A stretch of DNA of 64,000 bases from contig JBKKDM010000126.1 in assembly GCA_046707905.1 (NCBI GenBank), forward strand, positions 2,405-66,404, in the 5' to 3' direction. Of this stretch, positions 54,787 through 62,428 are shown one piece after another (position 1 is the stretch's first letter; each line of letters begins with the position of its first letter). The notes beneath the pieces were generated by a model. That model was given only the letters and a program-made list of their open reading frames with translations, did not search any database and was not told the DNA's origin. This DNA is from Candidatus Limnocylindrales bacterium. GTDB lineage: Bacteria; Chloroflexota; Limnocylindria; Limnocylindrales; CSP1-4. Made by a program: the position numbers and the translations under genes.

Positions 54787-56126
54787 CCCTCCTGGTCGTC
54801 AGCCCGGACTACGCGTCGCACGCGGTCCCGCTGATCACAATTGCCGAGGCCTGGCGAGATGCCGGTGAGCGGGTCGTCGTGGCCAGTGGACCTGCGGTTG
54901 CGCCGCTGGTGGCGCAGGCGGGCATGCAATCCGCCCGACTGGTGCTGGGCCGTGGCTCGAATGCCGGCGTCGCCCGTCCCGAGCAGCAGCCCGCTGGCGA
55001 GGACGACAACCTGCGAGCGTTCTTCGAGGCCACCCGGCGAGGGATGGTCCCAACGCTTCGCTACCAGGCGCAGGCGCGAGCCCACGACCTGCTCTGGGAA
55101 CCCGTCGAGACCGCACGTCAGACCATCGAGATCGTCGAACAGGTCCAACCGGACGCAATCCTAGTGGACCACCTCGCGTTCGGGGCCACCCTCGGTCTCC
55201 GAGCGATCGGAGCCCGATACGCTGACGTCGTCCTTGGCCATCCACGGCAGCTCCCCGTGGCCGGCGAGACCTACGGTGTCCCCGGCTCCTGGCCATCCAT
55301 CCTTGCGCCTCGCGCCGAGGAGCTGGAGGATCTTCGTTCGCTTGCACGGAGTGTCGCCGTCAGGTTCACCGACGCCTACAACGACGCGCTGCGAACGGTT
55401 GCGGCGGACTCGCCAGCAGTCGCGGACGCGTTCGCCGCTCACGGATCGCTGGTCCTGCTCAACTACCCGCAGCTGCTCCACGACCCTCGACGGACCGTGG
55501 ACCTCCCGCGCGCCCATGCCTTCCTGGGAGCGATGCCCCGCCGGGAACAGCCGTCGGCCGATGTCGATGCGTGGCTCGAACGCGATCCTGATCGACCGAT
55601 CGTGCTCGTCTCGCTCGGGACGTTCCTGTCGGCTCGCGCCGACGTGCTCGCCACCATCGCCCGTGGCCTGCGACAGCTCGACGTTCGCGTGGCGCTGGCC
55701 ACCGGGTCCACCGACCCGAGCCGGTTGGGCCCCCTCCCATCAGAGTGGCTCGTCAGCCCGTACGTGCCCCAGGTGAACATCCTCTCTCGAGCCAGCGTGC
55801 TGGTAACGCACGCCGGCAACAACAGCGTCACCGAGGCCCTCGCCCAAGGAGTCCCGATGTTCGCGCTTCCGTTCTCGACCGATCAGTTCGACGGTGCGGT
55901 GGCGCTCGAGTCCACCGGCCTCGGCCTGGCGGCGGATCCCAATCGAGTGACTCCGCTCGAGGTGGCGGAAACGGTTCGACGCTTGATCGAGACCAGCCAC
56001 CCAGCGTTGGACAGCCTGGCGTCAGAGCTTGCCGCGCAGCCCGGTTCGGCGATCGCAAGGGCAGCCATCGGCGAATGGCTGGTGCCGCAAGCGCTGCCCA
56101 GCAAGCGTGGCGCGGAGGCCGCGTAA
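54783..56126 (+). CDS. GT1-family (MGT/UDP-glycosyltransferase-like) glycosyltransferase
   Basis: The GTG start overlaps the upstream stop. The C-terminal nucleotide-sugar motif is VTHAGNNSVTEALAQGVPMFALPFSTDQF. Confidence 0.8.
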   Translation: MTLLVVSPDYASHAVPLITIAEAWRDAGERVVVASGPAVAPLVAQAGMQSARLVLGRGSNAGVARPEQQPAGEDDNLRAFFEATRRGMVPTLRYQAQARAHDLLWEPVETARQTIEIVEQVQPDAILVDHLAFGATLGLRAIGARYADVVLGHPRQLPVAGETYGVPGSWPSILAPRAEELEDLRSLARSVAVRFTDAYNDALRTVAADSPAVADAFAAHGSLVLLNYPQLLHDPRRTVDLPRAHAFLGAMPRREQPSADVDAWLERDPDRPIVLVSLGTFLSARADVLATIARGLRQLDVRVALATGSTDPSRLGPLPSEWLVSPYVPQVNILSRASVLVTHAGNNSVTEALAQGVPMFALPFSTDQFDGAVALESTGLGLAADPNRVTPLEVAETVRRLIETSHPALDSLASELAAQPGSAIARAAIGEWLVPQALPSKRGAEAA

Positions 56127-56231
56127 GTCACGCGAGCAGGCGATTCTGCGTGGCGTTGACGAACCGGACCGCCCCCGGAGCTCGACTGCCGACACGTGCC
56201 GACCGGCGCAGTGAGTAGACGGGACGGGGTC

Positions 56232-56287
56232 GGGGAGTTGGCTGGCGAGGAAGGATTCGAACCTTCAATCCCCTGATCCAGAGTCAG
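56232..56287 (-). repeat. tRNA-Gln(CUG) 3'-half fragment, copy B (att-like direct repeat)
   Basis: Same structure as copy A. The only differences are two variable-loop positions (GGATT versus CGGTT). No D arm or 5' acceptor strand follows. Confidence 0.7.
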
Positions 56288-56355
56288 CGTGGCACAAGCG
56301 CGGTGCTTCCGCGAGTAGGCTACCGAGCGAACGAGGCCAGTTAGGGGATGCACCG

Positions 56356-56586
56356 ATGACCCTGCAACCGAACTTCTGCGAAGCCGCGACCTGTCAAAGG
56401 AAGCTCGAGCCGGATGACGTCGTCGTGCGGATCGTCGAGAGCGTGATGGTCAAGGAACAAGCGGGCGATCTTCCGGTACAGGGGCCGGCGGCGATCTACC
56501 ACGAGGAACATGCGCCGGATCCCGGCGCCAACGGTTACGAGGAATTTCGGGGGCCTCTCCGTGACATCCGGCGCAACGCAACGTAG
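56356..56586 (+). CDS. Hypothetical small protein
   Basis: 76-aa ORF with no recognisable family and weak coding signal. Confidence 0.3.
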   Translation: MTLQPNFCEAATCQRKLEPDDVVVRIVESVMVKEQAGDLPVQGPAAIYHEEHAPDPGANGYEEFRGPLRDIRRNAT

Positions 56587-56606
56587 GTTCGGTTGCGGAG
56601 TGGGCG

Positions 56607-56825
56607 CTAGCCGCTCTGCGCCCTCGCAGCGAGGACGCCCTGACAGACTGGACACCGCTCGTTGGCGGGGACCAGCCGCACCTCGCGGTGCTCTAGGTCG
56701 GTGTCCCCGTTGAATGTCCGATTGCATGCGCAGAGCAGCAAGCCTTGGACTCCATCGCCAGCCGGCATGTGCCACTGACCGAGCAAGCCCTCCGCCTTTG
56801 CGCGAACCCAAGGTGCATCTTCCAT
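56607..56825 (-). CDS. Hypothetical small Cys-rich protein (possible zinc ribbon)
   Basis: From ATG 56825: MEDAPWVRAKAEG...LLCACNRTF...ERCPVCQGVL. The longer ORF-track extension is antisense to a more protein-like + strand ORF. Confidence 0.3.
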   Translation of the reverse strand: MEDAPWVRAKAEGLLGQWHMPAGDGVQGLLLCACNRTFNGDTDLEHREVRLVPANERCPVCQGVLAARAQSG

Positions 56826-56900
56826 GGTTCGCAGCGTACCTATATGCGCCGCCCGCAGATGGCCGTGATTCCGTAACCTCGTGGCCCGGAGCATCAGCGC

Positions 56901-57089
56901 TTGGCTGATGACATCGACGACGCCATCGAAACGGCCGCCCAACGCGCGCGGGAGGCCGCGGAGGAGGTGAGTGAGACGCCTGTTACCTCGCCAGAAATCG
57001 TTGCGGAGGCACGCATCGTCGAGCGTCGGGTCGAAGACCTCGACGTGCTGGCGAATCAGGCGGTGGAGGACGCCGAGCCCGAGGTATAG
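56901..57089 (+). CDS. Hypothetical small acidic protein
   Basis: 62 aa (MADDIDDAIETAAQRAREAAEEVSE...), predicted helical, followed by the palindrome CTCGCCTAGGCGAG at 57113-57126. Confidence 0.3.
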   Translation: MADDIDDAIETAAQRAREAAEEVSETPVTSPEIVAEARIVERRVEDLDVLANQAVEDAEPEV

Positions 57090-57709
57090 CGGTCCACGTC
57101 TCATCCGCAGGGCTCGCCTAGGCGAGTCGGACCCAGGGTGGACCACGCGCCTAGGCCGGAGCACTTGGATGGAGAGGACCCCAGCGCCTCCATCGCCGGG
57201 GGAACGACGAGCCCCCAGAGCCCCCTCCGATGCTCAGAACGATCGCAGGCCACCCCGGTTATGCCTGCCAGTTTCGAGGTGGTTCCGCAGCGCACCAGAA
57301 GGCGTGGCGCGGTGGCCGGAAGACTGCTTGCGGTGACGTCTCGCGGCCGGCAATGGGACGGGTCCGAGGGCGTGAATCGGTGCCGAGGGGCACATTCGGC
57401 GGATTCAGACATGCGGACGGCATGCAATCGCGATCCGGCGCGAGGGAAGGCGCCCCGCTCTTGTGTCCCTGTTGAGAACGACCAATGCAAGGACCGCCGG
57501 GTACGTTCGCGGGCAAGCTCCGCGCTCTTTCCATTGGACCGGGCCTGGCGCGGAGCTCCTTCCCCAACACAGTATGCAGACGTCGCCGCCGCTGGCGATG
57601 GAAGACCGCGAGGTTGCTCTTAGAACCGGTCTTGGAGAGCGGGACCAAGCGCACAATGTGGCCCGGCGCTCACCGTTGGGCGTTTGTCGGAAGGGGCCGG
57701 GAGGGCACC

Positions 57710-58183
57710 ATGGCCCGCAACGCCATCATCGCTTTGGTTGCTGTGCTGTCCGTTGGTATCGCAGCATGTAGTTCCCCCGCAGCACCGCTCGCGCCGGGCC
57801 CCGGAGCAACGCTGGCGCCGGTCCCCGCAGCCACGCTCCGGCCGGCCAATGCCCCCACCCCGCCGGTCGTCACGCCCAAGCCGGTCAAGCAGCTCACTCG
57901 CGCTCAGGAGAATGCCATCGAGGCGGCCGAAGACTATCTCGACTATTCGGCCTTCTCTCGCTCTGGGCTGATCGACCAGTTGGTATACGAGGACTACAGC
58001 AAGGCCGTTGCCACCTTTGCGGTCGACTCGCTGGACGTGAACTGGAAAGAACAAGCGTTCCTGTCAGCGCAGGCATATCTCGACTATTCCTCGTTCTCGC
58101 TCAAGGGTCTGATCGACCAGCTGAGGTACGAGGGCTTCACCAAGGCACAGGCCGAATACGGCGCTGAGAAGGCCTACAACTAG
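57710..58183 (+). CDS. Ltp-family lipoprotein (two Ltp repeats)
   Basis: Starts at ATG 57710 with lipobox LSVGIAAC. Two repeats are present: AIEAAEDYLDYSAFSRSGLIDQLVYEDYSKAVATFAV and AFLSAQAYLDYSSFSLKGLIDQLRYEGFTKAQAEYGA. Confidence 0.75.
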   Translation: MARNAIIALVAVLSVGIAACSSPAAPLAPGPGATLAPVPAATLRPANAPTPPVVTPKPVKQLTRAQENAIEAAEDYLDYSAFSRSGLIDQLVYEDYSKAVATFAVDSLDVNWKEQAFLSAQAYLDYSSFSLKGLIDQLRYEGFTKAQAEYGAEKAYN

Positions 58184-58564
58184 CGGGCCATGTACCGCCC
58201 AATGACCCGCTCGAGCTCGTCGCGATCGAGGGTCCGCCCCAGGTTCTCCACCCCCAAGACTCCGCCCTACGACGTAGGCCAAGCGGAGTCGCCGACGTAG
58301 TTGGTCCATCCGCCCACCGTCCGGTCGCGGGACGCCGCGTAGCCTGTCGTCGAGGTCGCGCAACGCAGCCGTCTCGTCTTCGCCGGTCCCCGTTGCGGTC
58401 TGTGGTGCCTTGCCACGTCCGGGGTGCGGACCGCGGGCGGTCACGGACCACGCTCCACGGTATCCGTCGGCGCGTAGGACTCCGGGGTCAACCGAGGGCT
58501 GCCCGACACATCAGCGGGCCGGGAGGGCCTCGTGGACGGCGGCCCACGCCTCCTCCCGCGTCAT
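58180..58564 (-). pseudogene. Hypothetical gene interrupted by an in-frame TGA (58511-58513) and a probable 1-nt frameshift near 58265-58267
   Basis: ATG 58564 overlaps the upstream stop (ATGA). The frame reads MTREEAWAAVHEALPAR, then TGA, then continues CVGQPSVDPGVL...ARGPHPGRGKAPQTATGTGEDETAALRDLDDRLRGVPRPDG...RRRLRLAYVV. A 1-nt shift in a G-run then gives GGVLGVENLGRTLDRDELERVIGRYMAR-stop at 58180. The unshifted frame runs as junk into the convergent Ltp gene. Confidence 0.5.
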
Positions 58565-59013
58565 CCCCCGTCGGGCCGCCGAGACCAGGTCAACTGGAGC
58601 GCGTCTCCGTTCCGCTCGGTGGAAAGCACAAGGCCGCGACGCTCGGCGATCGCCGAAAGGAGCACCTCGTTCGAGCGGTCGATATCTTCCACCGTCGTCC
58701 CCCATTGCTCGCACCACTCCGGGTCGGGGCCGGTAAGCGTCAGCACCGCCCTCGAATCGTCGCCGCTGACGTCAACGACGGTCATATCCGCCGTCGTCGC
58801 AAAGTTGCGACCCTCGAGGCGCGCGACGTCGAGAGCGGATCCATCGCCAATCTCGTCCCAGGTGGGCGCGAATGCTTGGCCGACGAATGAAGCCCAGCCA
58901 TCCAAACCGCCCGTCTGCTGCTTCGCCCAGAGCAGGGTCACGTGCCAGATCGCCGACTGGTTGCCCTTCGCCGCTTCCAGGAGTTCGTCCGACGAGTAGT
59001 TGAGGTGGGCCAT
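58561..59013 (-). CDS. Hypothetical protein (150 aa)
   Basis: Clean ORF (MAHLNYSSDELLEAAKGNQSAIWHVTLLWAKQ...) with protein-like composition and no recognised family. Confidence 0.5.
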   Translation of the reverse strand: MAHLNYSSDELLEAAKGNQSAIWHVTLLWAKQQTGGLDGWASFVGQAFAPTWDEIGDGSALDVARLEGRNFATTADMTVVDVSGDDSRAVLTLTGPDPEWCEQWGTTVEDIDRSNEVLLSAIAERRGLVLSTERNGDALQLTWSRRPDGG

Positions 59014-59038
59014 CGATGTCCCTTTCGAAACTTCCGGG

Positions 59039-59275
59039 TCAACGGCGGTCGAACCGCCAGGACTCCCGTTCGTACCAGCTCCGATCCTTGACCTTCGACC
59101 AACCGACGCGGGACCCGTCGCGGTAGCGCGACCCCCGATCTTTCAGAACGGGGCCTCGAGCCGTCCGGTCGATGATCGCCTCCGCGAGTGCCGGGTCGGG
59201 TGTCACAAGCAGTACGACCTCGTAAGAGCGGTTGGAGCTTCTAGCCGCGGCCTTCGAACCGCCCGCGGCGTGCAC
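59039..59275 (-). pseudogene. Remnant of an ATP-dependent DNA ligase (LigC/LigD-type motif IV-V region)
   Basis: ...GPVLKDRGSRYRDGSRVGWSKVKDRSWYE resembles the EG.v.K...S.Y.pG.R...W.K.K block of ATP-dependent ligases. The frame is open for at most about 100 codons (TAA upstream near 59330), whereas family members are over 300 aa. Confidence 0.3.
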
Positions 59276-59371
59276 AAGCCAGCCGATCTCGTCCCCCGCA
59301 AGTTGAGCGGTGAACGACCGGGGGCGATCCGTTACCCGCGGCGCAGCTTAGAGGCAGGCACCGTCCCACCG

Positions 59372-60097
59372 CTACTCCCAAGCGACGCTGTCGAGGACCG
59401 GCTGCGCCTTGGACAGGAACGCCTCGAAGACATCGTCGTCGATGGCTTCGGCGAGGATGATCGCCCAGCCTCCCGGTGTCTCGACGAACAAGACGCGGGA
59501 CTTGGTCCCCGGCCCGAAAACATATCTGTCCTCGGGGAGGATAAAGCCCGCTCCGGTGGATTTGAGAGCCGCGCGGAAGACGTCAACTTGAAGCGCGTCA
59601 ATTCCGCCGAGCTGTGCAGGAGTGATGTCGCCAACCGTGTAGCCCTTTTCCGACCTCAGCGCGTCGACGTAGGCGGTGACATCGCTCGGGTCCTTGATCT
59701 CGATGTTCTCCACCGCACCAACCCATCCATCGGCGGTCCCCGAAACCCAGTTGATCGCGCCGCCTTGCGCGGAAATACCCCCACCTTCCGGGAAGGCCCG
59801 GGTGTTGTTCCAAGCCGACTCGATCGTGAACACGAATGGCGGCGTGAACGGCGCGGTGCTGTATGTCCCGGCGGGGATGACGCACTCATCCGTACCTTTC
59901 GCGCACAGGGTTCGTACCGTCTCCACCGTCGGAGCAGCGGTGGGCGCTTCGGTCACGGCCGCGGTTGGCGAGGCCGTTGCGGGAACTGGCGTCGTCACCG
60001 GACTCGGCGTTGCCGTCGATCCACCGCAGCCGACTGCGGCTGCAGCGCATAGGGTGACGATCGCGAACACCCGCAGCGGAAGCCGACCCATCCACAT
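59372..60097 (-). CDS. Hypothetical secreted lipoprotein
   Basis: Signal peptide and lipobox MWMGRLPLRVFAIVTLCAAAAVGC, then a Pro/Thr-rich linker, then a globular domain of about 190 aa. Confidence 0.6.
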   Translation of the reverse strand: MWMGRLPLRVFAIVTLCAAAAVGCGGSTATPSPVTTPVPATASPTAAVTEAPTAAPTVETVRTLCAKGTDECVIPAGTYSTAPFTPPFVFTIESAWNNTRAFPEGGGISAQGGAINWVSGTADGWVGAVENIEIKDPSDVTAYVDALRSEKGYTVGDITPAQLGGIDALQVDVFRAALKSTGAGFILPEDRYVFGPGTKSRVLFVETPGGWAIILAEAIDDDVFEAFLSKAQPVLDSVAWE

Positions 60098-60457
60098 CCC
60101 AGCAACCCTCCAGTGCAGCGTGCCTCACACGAAGCCAGACCTCGGCTATCTATTTGGCCTTGAGGACGGGTGCGCGGGGCCCGGCGCGAACTATATGCCG
60201 GCGGAGTGACAGGACCTACGTCGAAACATTGGTCGACGCGGATCGGAGGGTCTTATCGCTGCCCCTCAACCGCCCCGGACAAGCCGGACCAAGATCTCGT
60301 CCAGAACGTCCGCCTCCACTGGAACTCGACCCGTAAATCCCGGTCCCGGGAGCTCTGATCGTGCGTGTCTTGACGCAGTTCAGATGACCAGTTTTACGAC
60401 TTGTCGAAGCTACTGCCGGAGCCTGCGCGACGGCCGCGGAGGCGCGAGACTTACAGC

Positions 60458-61834
60458 ATGGATTCGCCCGAGGTCCGCTACGTCAAGACAGCCGATGGGG
60501 CACACATCGCGTACCAGGTCTTCGGCGAAGGGGCCTTCGACCTCGTGTTCGTCCCGGGCTTCGCCTCGAACGTCGAGCAGATGTGGCGCGTCGAGCCGTT
60601 CGCCCGCGGCCTGCGGCGCCTCGGGTCGTTCGCCCGGGTCGTCGTCTTTGACCGGCGCGGTACGGGCCTATCCGATCGAATCAACGCCGCGGCGCCCGCG
60701 ACACTCGAGGCGCAGATCGATGACATTCGCGCCGTCATGTCCGCAGCCGGCGTCGAGCGCGCGGCTCTGTTCGGATTCGAGCTGGGGGCGAGTCTGTGCG
60801 TCGTATTCGCCGCGGCCGAGCCGTCCCGGGTCTTCGCCTGCGTGCTCCACCAGGCGGCCGCGCGCGGACTCCGCACGCCCGATTACCCATGGGCGTGGAC
60901 CTCTGAGCAGTGGGACGCCTACCTCGAGGCAGTCGACCGGCTATGGGGAACGCAGGAGATGGCGGACGACCTCGTCCGGGGCTGGTACTCCGCGCACGTC
61001 GGGGACGCCGGGTTTGGCAGCTCCTTCGCGTCGTTCCTCCGCGCCGCTGCCAGCCCCGGCGCCGCGCTCGTGTTCGAGGGAATGCAGCGGGACACGGACA
61101 TCCGCGACGTGCTGGCGACGATCCAGGTGCCCGTCCTCGTCACGCAGCGGCGTGGTGTCGAGATCGCACCATTCGAGGAAGGCCGCTACGTGGCCGCGAA
61201 CATCCCGGGCGCCCGGCTCCTCGAGCTGGATGGGACGGACTTCAACCCCTTTACGGGCGACCAGGAGCCGCTCATGGACGCGATCGAGCGATTCTGCGGT
61301 GCCGCGCAGGGGGCGGAGGTCGACTTCGATCGGGTTCTGGCGACCGTGCTGTTTACGGACATGGTCGGGTCCACCGAGACGGCGGTCCGGATGGCCGACA
61401 AGGCGTGGAAGGACCTGCTCGCGTCGCACCACCGGCGCGTCCGGTCGCTGCTCGCGCGACATCGCGGTCGCGAGGTGGACGTGGCCGGCGACGGGTTCCT
61501 CGCAGTGTTCGACGGGCCGGCGCGTGCCGTCCGCTGCGGCCTGGCCATCTGCGAGGACGCGCGAGCGATCGGCGTCGAGGTGCGGGTCGGCGTCCATACC
61601 GGCGAGATCGAGCTCGACGGGGCGGCCGTGAGCGGGATCGCCGTCCACATCGGCTCCCGCGTCATGGGCAAGGCCGGCGCCGGCGAGGTGCTTGTCTCGA
61701 GCACGGTCCGGGATCTCGTCGCGGGCTCGGGTCTCGCCTTCGAGACTCGCGGCGAGCACGAGCTCAAAGGAATCCCAGGCTCGTGGCACCTGTATGCGGG
61801 TTCATCGCCCGATCCGGGCGAAGAAGCTACGTAA
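60458..61834 (+). CDS. Alpha/beta-hydrolase domain fused to a class III adenylate/guanylate cyclase domain (Rv1900c-like architecture)
   Basis: Starts at ATG 60458 (MDSPEVRYVKTADGAHIAYQVFGEG..VFVPGF...FDRRGTGLSD). The cyclase domain reads ATVLFTDMVGST...DVAGDGFLAVFDGPARAV...RVGVHTGEIE...GIAVHIGSRV. Confidence 0.85.
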   Translation: MDSPEVRYVKTADGAHIAYQVFGEGAFDLVFVPGFASNVEQMWRVEPFARGLRRLGSFARVVVFDRRGTGLSDRINAAAPATLEAQIDDIRAVMSAAGVERAALFGFELGASLCVVFAAAEPSRVFACVLHQAAARGLRTPDYPWAWTSEQWDAYLEAVDRLWGTQEMADDLVRGWYSAHVGDAGFGSSFASFLRAAASPGAALVFEGMQRDTDIRDVLATIQVPVLVTQRRGVEIAPFEEGRYVAANIPGARLLELDGTDFNPFTGDQEPLMDAIERFCGAAQGAEVDFDRVLATVLFTDMVGSTETAVRMADKAWKDLLASHHRRVRSLLARHRGREVDVAGDGFLAVFDGPARAVRCGLAICEDARAIGVEVRVGVHTGEIELDGAAVSGIAVHIGSRVMGKAGAGEVLVSSTVRDLVAGSGLAFETRGEHELKGIPGSWHLYAGSSPDPGEEAT

Positions 61835-61998
61835 GCCACCCGGACGCGCTGTCCCAATCCCGGCCGGGCGGCTCACGCGACCTTGGAGATGCGCGCCCTG
61901 GCGAGCGCCAAGCACGTCACGCACGGTAATTTGCCCAGTTTCACCGGACGCGGATGTTAAAGAACGGCCCCGGTCGCAGTCGCTCCGCTGGCCGACCG

Positions 61999-62411
61999 TC
62001 AGGGACAGCTCGCCTCTTGGCAGACGATCCGCGGCTCGCCGTCGCCGCCCATCTCGAGGATGGTCGGTAGCGTCGAGACGCCGAAGTAGTCGACGCCGGT
62101 GGCCCGGATCGTGCCGTCGGCGAGCTCGATCACAACGACCTGGGGTGGGCCGCCGCTGTAGATCCGATCCCTGGCTGGCAGCCACTCGTAAAGCGTGGCC
62201 TTATTGATCGGGGCGTGTCCGGGATGGAAGCGGTCGAATGCGCGCACGGCGAAAGATACGAGGGCCTGGCAGCGCGTGGGCGGCTCATAGTCATCGCAGG
62301 AGACGGAAGGCCCGATCTCCCAGCCTTCGATGACCGACGAATCTCGCGGGGTCGCGCAGCCAAGGAGCAGCGCCCCACGACCAGGAGCCAAGCGAGGCGG
62401 CCGGGGTTCAT
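61999..62411 (-). CDS. Hypothetical lipoprotein; the signal peptide is out of frame with the body (1-nt break in a G-run at 62373-62376)
   Basis: ATG 62411 gives MNPGRLAWLLVVG, then junk. The -1 frame gives ALLLGCATPRDSSVIEGWEIGPS...CQEASCP to the stop at 61999. Joined, they form a canonical lipoprotein signal. Confidence 0.4.
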
Positions 62412-62428
62412 GGAGCGTGCGACGTCCG

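Noticed and set aside
57138-57623. The 161-aa ORF (+) and overlapping minus-strand ORFs in the 57.1-57.7 kb gap, considered as genes.
   Set aside because: Composition is Arg/Pro/Ser/Gly-rich with no hydrophobic periodicity, no RBS and no motif. Competing ORFs occur in several frames.
58511-58513. The in-frame TGA as a selenocysteine codon or programmed readthrough.
   Set aside because: I recognised no SECIS-like hairpin immediately downstream. The same gene also carries a frameshift, and neighbouring genes are damaged too. Pseudogenisation or sequence error is more parsimonious.
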